Positions 8,100-18,489 of a DNA stretch of 25,270 nt are shown piece by piece. The notes under the pieces are model-generated. The model was not told the DNA's origin, made no database searches, and saw nothing but the letters and a program-made list of their open reading frames with translations. Both the position numbers and the translations under genes were made by a program. The stretch comes from a virus (taxonomy: Duplodnaviria; Heunggongvirae; Uroviricota; Caudoviricetes). The DNA lies in the IMG/VR virus record IMGVR_UViG_2713897042_000013, positions 1-25,270 of that record; one strand, written 5' to 3'. How positions within the stretch are numbered: position 1 is the stretch's first letter; each line of letters starts with the position of its first letter.

Positions 8100-8723
8100 T
8101 TATGCGACCTCGGAAGGAAGTCCAATCATCTTATTCAAATCTTCTACCCGTAAAGCAGGAAGTGCTGTACTTGCTATATCTGCTTCTTTTGGTAGCAACT
8201 CTTTGCTTTCAGGCCAAACTTCAATAAGTCGCTTAACTGTTGTGACTGAGTTCAAAGCAGCCCATACATTTGATTCGATATCCTTTTTCTTGGCTTCAAG
8301 TTTTTGTTGCAATGCGCAGATTTCATCAAACCTTTTTGTTATTTCGTGTTCTGCGCTAAACATGCATTTATCTTTGGTCGGAGTAGGGAGCAATATATCT
8401 TCGCCGTTGCCGTCTTTCCCATATGAATACCAGCCAACCCTTCTGCCAGATACAGTCAGATAAATTGAAGTTGAACGGGCATCGCATGAGTAAAATGAAC
8501 ATCCCAGCTTTTCAAGTTCTTCGCTTATAGCCATTAACTTGGATGATAACTGATCCACTTCCTCAGTTTTCTTTTTACCGCCAAACGCAACAACTCTGGC
8601 GTCAAGTGCAAGCTGGTTCTTTAACTTTGTTACTTCTTCAAGCTCAGTGAAAACCCCAGATTTAATTAAAGCGTTACGAGCGATTTTCTCTTTCATTCTC
8701 GTAGTTAAGCGGATTGATGACAT
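8100..8723 (-). CDS. Hypothetical protein (207 aa) between N and cIII, where lambda has sieB/ral/ea10
   Basis: Start taken at ATG 8723 with GAGGAA upstream. Hydrophilic, no recognised motif. Confidence 0.75.
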   Translation of the reverse strand: MSSIRLTTRMKEKIARNALIKSGVFTELEEVTKLKNQLALDARVVAFGGKKKTEEVDQLSSKLMAISEELEKLGCSFYSCDARSTSIYLTVSGRRVGWYSYGKDGNGEDILLPTPTKDKCMFSAEHEITKRFDEICALQQKLEAKKKDIESNVWAALNSVTTVKRLIEVWPESKELLPKEADIASTALPALRVEDLNKMIGLPSEVA

Positions 8724-8784
8724 ATTAATTCCTCTCAAATAAGTGGTTTGCTGCCTAATTTCATTTTCTGGCGACCAACACAAG

Positions 8785-9057
8785 TCATCTTGCTGTCAGT
8801 TGTTTGGATTTCCGGTAGCCTGCCGCGTAAAGAGCTACATTTGGAAGACAAGTTGAGCCTTCATATTTTCTGGTCAACGTTGTCAGTGTTATTACTTCTG
8901 CTCTCATTGCTGGTTTGCGCTTGCATTGCAAGACCACTCGAGAGGGGGTTGGTCTGTGTAGCTTGTCGGAGCTAATCGCCTCCTGACTTTGCAGGTTTGC
9001 GCGACGAGCTCTACGACGAGAAGCTGAGGTGCCTTTAAATTCTGTTTTTCTGGACAT
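8785..9057 (-). CDS. N: N-like transcription antiterminator (90 aa)
   Basis: Start ATG 9057 with GGGAGGAA upstream. N-terminal arginine-rich motif GTSASRRRARRANLQSQE resembles the phage 21 and P22 N ARMs. Lies downstream of nutL and pL. Confidence 0.8.
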   Translation of the reverse strand: MSRKTEFKGTSASRRRARRANLQSQEAISSDKLHRPTPSRVVLQCKRKPAMRAEVITLTTLTRKYEGSTCLPNVALYAAGYRKSKQLTAR

Positions 9058-9154
9058 AGATTCCTCCCGAATAAACTTTGGTGATGCAATCTCGAAGCTC
9101 CTCCTGAGACGGTTGCTTCGGCATTGCATCCCACAGCTTATGTGGTTGGGTGAT

Positions 9155-9200
9155 CTGGCTTTTCAGCCACGTAGTCGAGAGTCGACGTTGTTTAAAGAGC
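9155..9200 (-). promoter_or_regulatory. nutL: boxA-like GCTCTTTAAACAACG and boxB-like hairpin TGGCT-GAAA-AGCCA
   Basis: Read on the minus strand. boxA resembles the rrn/lambda boxA consensus; the hairpin has a GAAA loop. Confidence 0.6.
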
Positions 9201-9246
9201 CTGCCAGTCTGTTCCATTTAGCTTCCAGCGTCCTGCTGATGTGTTT

Positions 9247-9310
9247 AGTATCACCGCTGGAGGTATTTTCGTCAACACCGCTAGAGATAAAATATTACCG
9301 CAAATGGTTA
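9247..9310 (-). promoter_or_regulatory. pL promoter with oL1-oL3 operators
   Basis: Minus strand -35 TTGACG, 17-bp spacer, -10 GATACT. Operators TATCACCGCTGGAGGTA, CAACACCGCTAGAGATAA and ATTACCGCAAATGGTTA resemble lambda oL1-3. Confidence 0.8.
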
Positions 9311-9458
9311 TGTGCATGTTTTTACTATTGATTTATTTTTTAAAGTTTTGCAGAGCTAGTCTGGATGTGTAGGAGCTGAATTGCGCAATGTGATAAGTGT
9401 GATTTATATTTATTCAATAAATACAATTCGTTAGGTGTGTTTTTGACGGACTGATGGT

Positions 9459-9485
9459 AAAAGAAAACCCGGCGCGGAGGCCGGG
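9459..9485 (-). terminator. Intrinsic terminator downstream of the rex-locus module (tImm-like position)
   Basis: Minus strand: stem CCCGGC / GCCGGG with loop CTCCGC, followed by TTTTCTTTT. Confidence 0.7.
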
Positions 9486-9500
9486 CTGAAGGGGCTCATT

Positions 9501-10430
9501 CTAATCGATTGATTTAATATCCCATTGAGGTCGAGAAACCAGAGTGTATCTGGGCTTGCCCTTACCAACAGTTTTTTTCAGGAACGTGGCTGTTGCAACG
9601 CTTCCTAAGTGCTTGTTTATAATATCTGGGTCATCTACAGCTTTGTCAATGCTAGCGGTTCTGATATCAGTGTTACCTAAAACTATAAATTCACATTGGC
9701 GCTTGTTAGGAAGAGTTCCCAAAAATATAACGTTCTCAATAATTTTTTCCTGCTGAATGTTATCATTGCTGAGATGTTGATATACAGCTTCAAGCTGTTT
9801 TGGCTCTCTAAAAACGATGCTAAAACCTTGGCTTTTAAGTGTAAAAACTGTTTTATTTTCATGCAGATAATGAATGAATGCTCTGATTTTATCTAAGGCC
9901 CGAGAGTCTAAGTTTTCTATAGCATCAGACAATTCTTCATCATCATTATCCAAGCTTGCCTGAAATATTTTTCTGGCCTTATTAATAGCTTTTGCTACTG
10001 GGGTTTCTTCATCGAATTCAAGAGGAGCATCAGGTCTAAACTCTTCAAGTACGAATCCGAAAGAACCACGGGCTGACGCGGTAATCATGAGATGATTATT
10101 TTCTATGTTTGGTATCTTGCCTGATGCAGGAAGTGGGCCATTGAAAGAGGTTGCCAAGTAAGCTATTGCATCATTAAAACAAGATATAGCTTTTGTTCCA
10201 AATACTGCTGAAATGCCATGCGTGCCAACTACTGTTGGGCCTCTAAAAGTTAACACAGCATGCGTAGGTTCATGTTCTCGAACGTCAGCTTGTGAAATTA
10301 ATCGCTCAACTTTCTCCAGACGGTCTTCTAAGCTTTTTCGGCTAATAGAATGACTTGTTGGCATATTTTTTAATAGATTACTTATTTGCTCGCGCTCACT
10401 GAGAGCGAAAACATAATCATTACGATTCAT
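9501..10430 (-). CDS. Uncharacterized protein (309 aa), distal gene of the two-gene rex-locus module
   Basis: ORF from the track. Its ATG overlaps the stop of the upstream ORF (ATGA). No recognised catalytic motif. Confidence 0.85.
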   Translation of the reverse strand: MNRNDYVFALSEREQISNLLKNMPTSHSISRKSLEDRLEKVERLISQADVREHEPTHAVLTFRGPTVVGTHGISAVFGTKAISCFNDAIAYLATSFNGPLPASGKIPNIENNHLMITASARGSFGFVLEEFRPDAPLEFDEETPVAKAINKARKIFQASLDNDDEELSDAIENLDSRALDKIRAFIHYLHENKTVFTLKSQGFSIVFREPKQLEAVYQHLSNDNIQQEKIIENVIFLGTLPNKRQCEFIVLGNTDIRTASIDKAVDDPDIINKHLGSVATATFLKKTVGKGKPRYTLVSRPQWDIKSID

Positions 10431-11005
10431 TGTTTGACCCCCTCAGTAGTAGCCGAATTAAGTATAGTCATTGCCACAACATCAAGTTGTGGGTTTAACG
10501 GGATTTGGATAAATCCCTTCCACGACAGATCGCGTCTATGTGCCCACATACTGTACCAATATACAGTCATTTCAACAAGCTCATGACTTGGTAGATTAAG
10601 TTCTTGGAAGTAGGAATCTACGAAAAACTCCTTCTTAACAAAATCATGATCAAATAGCTCTGGCTTTCTACCGATTACGATTGCATCATTATCGCCATTA
10701 CTGAATTGAAAAAAGGTCACAACATCGACATCATTCGGTGGCCTTTTTTCAATAAGTTCAATATGTTCTGTGAAGCTTCCATCTACCCACTGAAAACCTT
10801 CAACTAGCCCTGCTTGAGTGAGTGAAACACGAAAGTTAAGAAAACCCTTAAGGATTTTAATCCTTGCAGGGCTAAGCGAAAAAGTACTAACAAAGCGTAC
10901 TATATCCATTTTGTATGGGGAACGAGTATGGCTTGTAGGATCAGCCTCGTCTATTGGGGGGATTAACCCCATCTCATTCCATAGAGAGACAGTTGGTATA
11001 CTCAA
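10427..11005 (-). CDS. Uncharacterized protein (192 aa from TTG at 11005, or 181 aa from ATG at 10972), proximal gene of the rex-locus module
   Basis: ORF from the track, immediately downstream of cI on the same strand. Contains GSF-x12-PNDVDVV, weakly resembling a nucleotidyltransferase GS…DxD motif. Confidence 0.8.
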   Translation of the reverse strand: MSIPTVSLWNEMGLIPPIDEADPTSHTRSPYKMDIVRFVSTFSLSPARIKILKGFLNFRVSLTQAGLVEGFQWVDGSFTEHIELIEKRPPNDVDVVTFFQFSNGDNDAIVIGRKPELFDHDFVKKEFFVDSYFQELNLPSHELVEMTVYWYSMWAHRRDLSWKGFIQIPLNPQLDVVAMTILNSATTEGVKQ

Positions 11006-11091
11006 TGCTTAACCTTTATAACGAACTGAATATTCGGCAAAATATTGTTTTTAGGTATTGGCTGCTGTGCTTGTCGGACGTTTATTTCGTG

Positions 11092-11808
<717 letters not shown>

Positions 11809-11815
11809 TTAAATC

Positions 11816-11880
11816 TATCACCGCAGGGGATAAATATCTAACACCGCAGATGTTGACTATTTTACCTCTGGCGGTGATAA
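11816..11880. promoter_or_regulatory. oR3-oR2-oR1 operators with divergent pRM and pR promoters
   Basis: TATCACCGCAGGGGATA, TAACACCGCAGATGTTG, TACCTCTGGCGGTGATA; pR -35 TTGACT and -10 GATAAT. oR2 differs from recalled lambda (TAACACCGTGCGTGTTG). Confidence 0.9.
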
Positions 11881-11896
11881 TGACTGTATGTACTAA

Positions 11897-12106
<210 letters not shown>

Positions 12107-12113
12107 GTAACCC

Positions 12114-12159
12114 CGCTCTTTGTAACAACGGACATTCGTCCTACGTCGCTGAAAAGCGA
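12114..12159 (+). promoter_or_regulatory. nutR: boxA-like CGCTCTTTGTAACAA and boxB-like hairpin TCGCT-GAAA-AGCGA
   Basis: Read directly downstream of cro. Same hairpin architecture as nutL (5-bp stem, GAAA loop). Confidence 0.6.
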
Positions 12160-12244
12160 GCCCCAAGATATCTGACCAACTCAGGCCATATGCGTTTCCA
12201 CGCATACCAGTCAACTAACTATTCACTATTGGAAATCTTAAGAA

Positions 12245-12541
12245 ATGGAAAGAACAAGTTACAGCAAACTATCACAGCGCGACGTTGATCGCGCAGAAAC
12301 AGATTTACTCATCAACCTGTCAGCGATTACCCAGCGAGGTCTGGCAAAGATGATTGGCTGTCATGAATCGAAGATAAGCAGAACGGACTGGAGATTTATT
12401 GCTTCTGTCTTGTGTGCTTTCGGAATGGCATCAGACATCAGTCCGATTAGCAGGGCTTTTAAGTATGCGCTTGATGGAATCACAAAGAAAAAATCCCCGG
12501 TGGCCGCCGGGGACTCTAAGCAAATTGATATGCAATTCTGA
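12245..12541 (+). CDS. cII: CII-like transcriptional activator (98 aa), not lambda cII
   Basis: Position between cro and O. Helix-turn-helix-like LAKMIGCHESKISR and C-terminal …KKKSPVAAGDSKQIDMQF parallel lambda CII (…KKRPAATERSEQIQMEF) with divergent sequence. Confidence 0.8.
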   Translation: MERTSYSKLSQRDVDRAETDLLINLSAITQRGLAKMIGCHESKISRTDWRFIASVLCAFGMASDISPISRAFKYALDGITKKKSPVAAGDSKQIDMQF

Positions 12542-12573
12542 GGGAATTACTGGATCAATCCACAGGAGTCATT

Positions 12574-13473
12574 ATGACAAATACAGCAAAAATACTCAAC
12601 TTCGGCAGAGGTAACTTTGCCAGACAGGAGCGTAATGTGGCAGATCTCGATGATGGTTACGCCAGACTATCAAATATGCTGCTTGAGGCTTATTCAGGCG
12701 CAGATCTGACCAAGCGACAGTTTAAAGTGCTGCTTGCCATTCTGCGTAAAACCTATGGGTGGAATAAACCAATGGACAGAATCACCGATTCTCAACTTAG
12801 CGAGATTACAAAGTTACCTGTCAAACGGTGCAATGAAGCCAAGTTAGAACTCGTCAGAATGAATATTATCAAGCAGCAAGGCGGCATGTTTGGACCAAAT
12901 AAAAACATCTCAGAATGGTGTATCCCTCAAAACGAGGGAAAATCCCCTAAAACGAGGGATAAAACATCCCTCAAATTGGGGGATTGCTATCCCTCAAAAC
13001 AGGGGGACACAAAAGACACTATTACAAAAGAAAAAAGAAAAGATTATTCGTCCGAGAATTCTGGCAAATCCTCTGACCAGCCAGAAAACGATCTTTCTGT
13101 GGTTAAACCGGATGCTGCAATTCAGAGCGGCAGCAAGTGGGGAACAGCAGAAGACCTGACCGCCGCAGAGTGGATGTTTGACATGGTGAAGACCATCGCG
13201 CCATCAGCCAGAAAACCGAATTTTGCTGGGTGGGCTAACGATATCCGCCTGATGCGTGAACGTGACGGACGTAACCACCGCGATATGTGTGTGCTTTTCC
13301 GCTGGGCCTGCCAGGACAACTTCTGGTCCGGTAACGTGCTGAGCCCGGCCAAACTCCGCGATAAGTGGACCCAACTCGAAATCAACCGTAACAAGCAACA
13401 AGCAGTCGTGACAGCCAGCAAACCAAAACTCGACCTGACAAACACAGACTGGATTTACGGGGTGGATCTATGA
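12574..13473 (+). CDS. O: Replication initiator O (lambda O, 299 aa)
   Basis: Translation matches recalled lambda O; contains the ori iterons. Confidence 0.97.
   Translation: MTNTAKILNFGRGNFARQERNVADLDDGYARLSNMLLEAYSGADLTKRQFKVLLAILRKTYGWNKPMDRITDSQLSEITKLPVKRCNEAKLELVRMNIIKQQGGMFGPNKNISEWCIPQNEGKSPKTRDKTSLKLGDCYPSKQGDTKDTITKEKRKDYSSENSGKSSDQPENDLSVVKPDAAIQSGSKWGTAEDLTAAEWMFDMVKTIAPSARKPNFAGWANDIRLMRERDGRNHRDMCVLFRWACQDNFWSGNVLSPAKLRDKWTQLEINRNKQQAVVTASKPKLDLTNTDWIYGVDL
12923..13050 (+). repeat. ori-lambda: four iterons (TCCCTCAAAACGAGGGA-like) followed by an AT-rich tract
   Basis: Direct repeats tccctcaaaacgaggga / tcccctaaaacgaggga / tccctcaaattggggga / tccctcaaaacaggggga read directly, then aaaagacactattacaaaagaaaaaagaaaag. 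Confidence 0.9.
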
Positions 13474-14171
13474 AAAACATCGCCGCACAGATGGTTAACT
13501 TTGACCGTGAGCAGATGCGTCGGATCGCCAACAACATGCCGGAACAGTACGACGAAAAGCCGCAGGTACAGCAGGTAGCGCAGATCATCAACGGTGTGTT
13601 CAGCCAGTTACTGGCAACTTTCCCGGCGAGCCTGGCTAACCGTGACCAGAACGAACTGAACGAAATCCGCCGCCAGTGGGTTCTGGCTTTCCGGGAAAAC
13701 GGGATCACCACGATGGAACAGGTTAACGCAGGAATGCGCGTAGCCCGTCGGCAGAATCGACCGTTCCTGCCATCTCCCGGGCAGTTTGTTGCCTGGTGCC
13801 GGGAAGAAGCATCCGTCATCGCCGGACTGCCAAACGTCAGCGAGCTGGTTGATATGGTTTACGAGTATTGCCGGAAGCGAGGCCTGTATCCGGATGCGGA
13901 GTCTTATCCGTGGAAATCAAACGCGCACTACTGGCTGGTTACCAACCTGTATCAGAACATGCGGGCCAATGCGTTGACTGACTCGGAATTACGGCGCAAG
14001 GCTGCCGATGAATTGTCCTGTATGACCGCACGAATTAACCGTGGTGAGGCTATACCTGAACCAGTAAAACAACTTCCTGTCATGGGCGGTAGACCTCTAA
14101 ATCGTGCACAGACTCTGGCGAAGATCGCAGAAATCAAAGCTAAGTTTGGGCTGAAAGGAGCAAGGGTATGA
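13470..14171 (+). CDS. P: Replication protein P (DnaB helicase loader, lambda P)
   Basis: 233-aa ORF matching recalled lambda P; start overlaps the O stop. Confidence 0.97.
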   Translation: MKNIAAQMVNFDREQMRRIANNMPEQYDEKPQVQQVAQIINGVFSQLLATFPASLANRDQNELNEIRRQWVLAFRENGITTMEQVNAGMRVARRQNRPFLPSPGQFVAWCREEASVIAGLPNVSELVDMVYEYCRKRGLYPDAESYPWKSNAHYWLVTNLYQNMRANALTDSELRRKAADELSCMTARINRGEAIPEPVKQLPVMGGRPLNRAQTLAKIAEIKAKFGLKGARV

Positions 14172-14458
14172 CGGGCAAAGAGGCAATTATTCATTACCTG
14201 GGGACGCATAATAGCTTCTGTGCGCCGGACGTTGCCGCGCTAACAGGCGCAACAGTAACCAGCATAAATCAGGCCGCGGCTAAAATGGCACGGGCAGGTC
14301 TTCTGGTTATCGAAGGTAAGGTCTGGCGAACGGTGTATTACCGGTTTGCTACCAAGGAAGAACGGGAAGGAAAGATGAGCACGAACCTGATTTTTAAGGA
14401 GTGTCGCCAGAGTGCCGCGATGAAACGGGTATTGGCGGTATATGGAGTTAAAAGATGA
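14168..14458 (+). CDS. ren: Ren (Rex exclusion protection protein)
   Basis: 96-aa ORF matching recalled lambda Ren; start overlaps the P stop. Confidence 0.9.
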   Translation: MTGKEAIIHYLGTHNSFCAPDVAALTGATVTSINQAAAKMARAGLLVIEGKVWRTVYYRFATKEEREGKMSTNLIFKECRQSAAMKRVLAVYGVKR

Positions 14459-14483
14459 CCATCTACATTACTGAGCTAATAAC

Positions 14484-14515
14484 AGGCCTGCTGGTAATCG
14501 CAGGCCTTTTTATTT
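14484..14515 (+). terminator. tR2-like intrinsic terminator
   Basis: AGGCCTGC-TGGTAATC-GCAGGCCT hairpin followed by TTTTTATTT. Confidence 0.8.
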
Positions 14516-14531
14516 GGGGGAGAGGGAAGTC

Positions 14532-14972
14532 ATGAAAAAACTAACCTTTGAAATTCGATCTCCAGCACATCAGCAAAACGCTATTCACGCAGTACAGCAA
14601 ATTCTTCCAGACCCAACCAAACCAATCGTAGTAACCATTCAGGAACGCAACCGCAGCTTAGACCAAAACCGAAAGCTTTGGGCTTGCCTTGGTGACGTCT
14701 CTCGTCAGGTTGAATGGCATGGTCGCTGGCTGGATGCAGAAAGCTGGAAGTGTGTGTTTACCGCAGCATTAAAGCAGCAGGACGTTGTTCCTAACCTTGC
14801 CGGGAATGGCTTTGTGGTAATAGGCCAGTCAACCAGCAGGATGCGTGTAAGCGAATTTGCGGAGCTATTAGAGCTTATACAGGCATTCGGTACAGAGCGT
14901 GGCGTTAAGTGGTCAGACGAAGCGCGACTGGCTCTGGAGTGGAAAGCGAGATGGGGAGACAGGGCTGCATGA
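14532..14972 (+). CDS. ninB: NinB (Orf family recombination mediator)
   Basis: MKKLTFEIRSPAHQQNAIHAVQQ… matches lambda NinB. Start placed at the ATG (the track's longer version uses an upstream alternative start). Confidence 0.9.
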   Translation: MKKLTFEIRSPAHQQNAIHAVQQILPDPTKPIVVTIQERNRSLDQNRKLWACLGDVSRQVEWHGRWLDAESWKCVFTAALKQQDVVPNLAGNGFVVIGQSTSRMRVSEFAELLELIQAFGTERGVKWSDEARLALEWKARWGDRAA

Positions 14973-15841
14973 TAAATGTCGTTAGTTTCTCCGGTGGCAG
15001 GACGTCAGCATATTTGCTCTGGCTAATGGAGCAAAAGCGACGGGCAGGTAAATACGTGCATTACGTTTTCATGGATACAGGTTGTGAACATCCAATGACA
15101 TATCGGTTTGTCAGGGAAGTTGTGAAGTTCTGGGATATACCGCTCACCGTATTGCAGGTTGATATCAACCCGGAGCTTGGACAGCCAAATGGTTATACGG
15201 TATGGGAACCAAAGGATATTCAGACGCGAATGCCTGTTCTGAAGCCATTTATCGATATGGTAAAGAAATATGGCACTCCATACGTCGGCGGCGCGTTCTG
15301 CACTGACAGATTAAAACTCGTTCCCTTCACCAAATACTGTGATGACCATTTCGGGCGAGGGAATTACACCACGTGGATTGGCATCAGAGCTGATGAACCG
15401 AAGCGGCTAAAGCCAAAGTCTGGAATCAGATATCTTGCTGAACTGTCAGACTTTGAGAAGGAAGATATCCTCGCATGGTGGAAGCAACAACCATTCGATT
15501 TGCAAATACCGGAACATCTCGGTAACTGCATATTCTGCATTAAAAAATCAACGCAAAAAATCGGACTTGCCTGCAAAGATGAGGAGGGATTGCAGCGTGT
15601 TTTTAATGAGGTCATCACGGGATCCCATGTGCGTGACGGACATCGGGAAACGCCAAAGGAGATTATGTACCGAGGAAGAATGTCGCTGGACGGTATCGCG
15701 AAAATGTATTCAGAAAATGATTATCAAGCCCTGTATCAGGACATGGTACGAGCTAAAAGATTCGATACCGGCTCTTGTTCTGAGTCATGCGAAATATTTG
15801 GAGGGCAGCTTGATTTCGACTTCGGGAGGGAAGCTGCATGA
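14969..15841 (+). CDS. ninC: NinC (PAPS-reductase-like family), 290 aa
   Basis: ATG at 14969 overlaps the ninB stop (ATGA). Sequence matches recalled lambda NinC. Confidence 0.9.
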   Translation: MINVVSFSGGRTSAYLLWLMEQKRRAGKYVHYVFMDTGCEHPMTYRFVREVVKFWDIPLTVLQVDINPELGQPNGYTVWEPKDIQTRMPVLKPFIDMVKKYGTPYVGGAFCTDRLKLVPFTKYCDDHFGRGNYTTWIGIRADEPKRLKPKSGIRYLAELSDFEKEDILAWWKQQPFDLQIPEHLGNCIFCIKKSTQKIGLACKDEEGLQRVFNEVITGSHVRDGHRETPKEIMYRGRMSLDGIAKMYSENDYQALYQDMVRAKRFDTGSCSESCEIFGGQLDFDFGREAA

Positions 15842-16011
15842 TGCGATGTTATCGGTGCGGTGAATGCAAAGAAGATAACCGCTTCCGACCAAATCAACCT
15901 TACTGGAATCGATGGTGTCTCCGATGTGAAAGAACACCAACAGGGGTGTTACCACTACCGCAGGAAAAGGAGGACGTGTGGCGAGACAGCGACGAAGTAT
16001 CACCGACATAA
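15838..16011 (+). CDS. ninD: NinD (57 aa, Cys-rich)
   Basis: Hand-translated [61 protein letters not shown] overlap with ninC. Confidence 0.8.
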   Translation: MMRCYRCGECKEDNRFRPNQPYWNRWCLRCERTPTGVLPLPQEKEDVWRDSDEVSPT

Positions 16012-16160
16012 TCTGCGAAAACTGCAAATACCTTCCAACGAAGCGCTCCAGAAATAAACGCAAGCCAATCCCAAAAGAATCTGACGTAAAAACCTTCAAC
16101 TACACGGCTCACCTGTGGGATATCCGGTGGCTTAGAGAACGTGCGAGGAAAACAAGGTGA
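15978..16160 (+). CDS. ninE: NinE (60 aa)
   Basis: ORF from the track, [34 protein letters not shown]…; matches recalled lambda NinE. Confidence 0.85.
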   Translation: MARQRRSITDIICENCKYLPTKRSRNKRKPIPKESDVKTFNYTAHLWDIRWLRERARKTR

Positions 16161-16327
16161 TTGACCAAAATCGAAGTTACGAACAAGGAAGTGTCGAGCG
16201 AGCTTTAACGTGCGCTAACTGCGGTCAGAAGCTGCATGTGCTGGAAGTTCACGTGTGTGAGCACTGCTGCGCAGAACTGATGAGCGATCCGAATAGCTCG
16301 ATGCACGAGGAAGAAGATGATGGCTAA
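16157..16327 (+). CDS. ninF: NinF (56 aa, GTG start)
   Basis: Hand-translated [60 protein letters not shown] overlap with the ninE stop. Confidence 0.75.
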   Translation: MIDQNRSYEQGSVERALTCANCGQKLHVLEVHVCEHCCAELMSDPNSSMHEEEDDG

Positions 16328-16931
16328 ACCAGCGCGAAGACGATGTAAAAACGATGAATGCCGGGAATGGTTTCACCCTGCATTCGCTAATCAGTGGTGG
16401 TGCTCTCCAGAGTGTGGAGCCAAGATAGCACTCGAACGACGAAGTAAAGAACGCGAAAAAGCGGAAAAAGCAGCAGAGAAGAAACGACGACGAGAGGAGC
16501 AGAAACAGAAAGATAAACTTAAGATTCGAAAACTCGCCTTAAAGCCCCGCAGTTACTGGATTAAACAAGCCCAACAAGCCGTAAACGCCTTCATCAGAGA
16601 AAGAGACCGCGACTTACCATGTATCTCGTGCGGAACGCTCACGTCTGCTCAGTGGGATGCCGGACATTACCGGACAACTGCTGCGGCACCTCAACTCCGA
16701 TTTGATGAACGCAATATTCACAAGCAATGCGTGGTGTGCAACCAGCACAAAAGCGGAAATCTCGTTCCGTATCGCGTCGAACTGATTAGCCGCATCGGGC
16801 AGGAAGCAGTAGACGAAATCGAATCAAACCATAACCGCCATCGCTGGACTGTCGAAGAGTGCAAGACCATCAAGGCGGAGTATCAACAGAAACTTAAAAA
16901 ACTGCGAAACAGCAGAAGTGAGGCTGCATGA
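16317..16931 (+). CDS. ninG: NinG (Rap Holliday-junction endonuclease), 204 aa
   Basis: ORF from the track matching recalled lambda NinG/Rap. Confidence 0.9.
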   Translation: MMAKPARRRCKNDECREWFHPAFANQWWCSPECGAKIALERRSKEREKAEKAAEKKRRREEQKQKDKLKIRKLALKPRSYWIKQAQQAVNAFIRERDRDLPCISCGTLTSAQWDAGHYRTTAAAPQLRFDERNIHKQCVVCNQHKSGNLVPYRVELISRIGQEAVDEIESNHNRHRWTVEECKTIKAEYQQKLKKLRNSRSEAA

Positions 16932-17593
16932 ATATCTACGAAAGAATTGATGGCAGCAAATACCGAAATATTTGGGTAGCTGGCGACCTGCACGGATGCT
17001 ACACGAACCTGATGAACAAACTGGATACGATTGGATTCGACACCAAAAAAGACCTGCTTATCTCGGTTGGCGATTTGGTTGATCGTGGTGCAGAGAACGT
17101 TGAATGCCTGGAATTAATCACATTCCCCTGGTTCAGAGCTGTACGTGGAAACCATGAGCACATGATGATTGATGGCTTATCAGAGCGTGGAAACGTCAAT
17201 CACTGGCTGCTTAATGGCGGTGGCTGGTTCTTTAATCTCGATTACGACAAAGAAATTCTGGCTAAAGCTCTTGCCCATAAAGCAGATGAACTTCCGTTAA
17301 TCATCGAGCTGGTGAGCAAAGATAAAAAATATGTCATCTGCCACGCCGATTATCCTTGTGACGAATACGAGTTTGGAAAGCCAGTTGATCATCAGCAGGT
17401 AATCTGGAACCGCGAACGAATCAGCAACTCACAAGACGGGATCGTGAAAGAAATCAAAGGCGCGGACACGTTCATCTTTGGTCATACGCCAGCAGTGAAA
17501 CCACTTAAATTTGCCAACCAAATGTATATCGATACCGGCGCAGTGTTCTGCGGAAACCTCACATTGATTCAGGTACAGGGAGAAGGCGCATGA
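16928..17593 (+). CDS. ninI: NinI (Ser/Thr protein phosphatase, metallophosphoesterase), 221 aa
   Basis: GDLHGCY…GNHE metallophosphatase motifs; matches recalled lambda NinI. Starts immediately at the ninG stop. Confidence 0.9.
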   Translation: MNIYERIDGSKYRNIWVAGDLHGCYTNLMNKLDTIGFDTKKDLLISVGDLVDRGAENVECLELITFPWFRAVRGNHEHMMIDGLSERGNVNHWLLNGGGWFFNLDYDKEILAKALAHKADELPLIIELVSKDKKYVICHADYPCDEYEFGKPVDHQQVIWNRERISNSQDGIVKEIKGADTFIFGHTPAVKPLKFANQMYIDTGAVFCGNLTLIQVQGEGA

Positions 17594-18213
17594 GACTCGA
17601 AAGCGTAGCTAAATTTCATTCGCCAAAAAGCCCGATGATGAGTGACTCACCACGGGCCACGGCTTCTGACTCTCTTTCCGGTACTGATGTGATGGCTGCT
17701 ATGGGGATGGCGCAATCACAAGCCGGATTCGGAATGGCTGCATTCTGTGGTAAGCACGAACTCAGCCAGAACGACAAACAAAAGGCTATCAACTATCTGA
17801 TGCAATTTGCACACAAGGTATCGGGGAAATACCGTGGTGTGGCAAAGCTTGAAGGAAATACTAAGGCAAAGGTACTGCAAGTGCTCGCAACATTCGCTTA
17901 TGCGGATTATTGCCGTAGTGCCGCGACGCCGGGCGCAAGATGCAGAGATTGCCACGGTACAGGCCGTGCGGTTGATATAGCCAAAACGGAGCAGTGGGGG
18001 AGAGTTGTTGAGAAAGAGTGCGGAAGATGCAAAGGTGTCGGCTATTCAAGAATGCCAGCAAGCGCCGCATATCGCGCTGTAACGATGCTAATCCCAAACC
18101 TTACTCAACCCACCTGGTCACGCACTGTTAAGCCGCTGTATGACGCTCTGGTGGTGCAATGCCACAAAGAAGAGTCAATCGCAGACAACATTTTGAACGC
18201 GGTCACACGTTAG
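17590..18213 (+). CDS. Q: Late-gene antiterminator Q (lambda Q, 207 aa)
   Basis: ORF from the track matching recalled lambda Q. Confidence 0.95.
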   Translation: MRLESVAKFHSPKSPMMSDSPRATASDSLSGTDVMAAMGMAQSQAGFGMAAFCGKHELSQNDKQKAINYLMQFAHKVSGKYRGVAKLEGNTKAKVLQVLATFAYADYCRSAATPGARCRDCHGTGRAVDIAKTEQWGRVVEKECGRCKGVGYSRMPASAAYRAVTMLIPNLTQPTWSRTVKPLYDALVVQCHKEESIADNILNAVTR

Positions 18214-18255
18214 CAGCATGATTGCCACGGATGGCAACATATTAACGGCATAATA

Positions 18256-18290
18256 TTGACTTTTTGAATAAAGCTGGGTAAATTTGACCC
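18256..18290 (+). promoter_or_regulatory. Late promoter pR' with overlapping qut region
   Basis: -35 TTGACT (18256..18261), 17-bp spacer, -10 TAAATT (18279..18284). Flanking sequence is lambda-like. Confidence 0.7.
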
Positions 18291-18489
18291 AATAATGGGT
18301 TAATTCGCTCGTTGTGGTAGTGAGATGAAAAAAGGCGGCGCTTACTACCGATTCCGCCTAGTTGGTCACTTCGACGTATCGTCTGGAACTCCAACCATTG
18401 TAGGCTGAGAGGTCTGCAAATATTGACGCAATAAAGTTGCTAATGTGGTAACTAATACCCCCGTATCTCTGCGGTGGTTTTTTATTTAA

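Noticed and set aside
8062-8463. 133-aa plus-strand ORF
   Set aside because: Antisense to the 207-aa leftward gene, which has a strong ribosome-binding site and fits the operon direction.
8748-9217. ORFs 8748..8975 (+), 8904..9134 (-) and 9035..9217 (-) around N
   Set aside because: They overlap the N gene or the nutL/pL regulatory region in wrong frames; the arginine-rich-motif frame with its GGGAGGAA ribosome-binding site is the coherent one.
12890-13159. 89-aa plus-strand ORF in an alternative frame of O
   Set aside because: It spans the ori iterons and AT-rich tract inside the O gene, a repeat-driven spurious frame.
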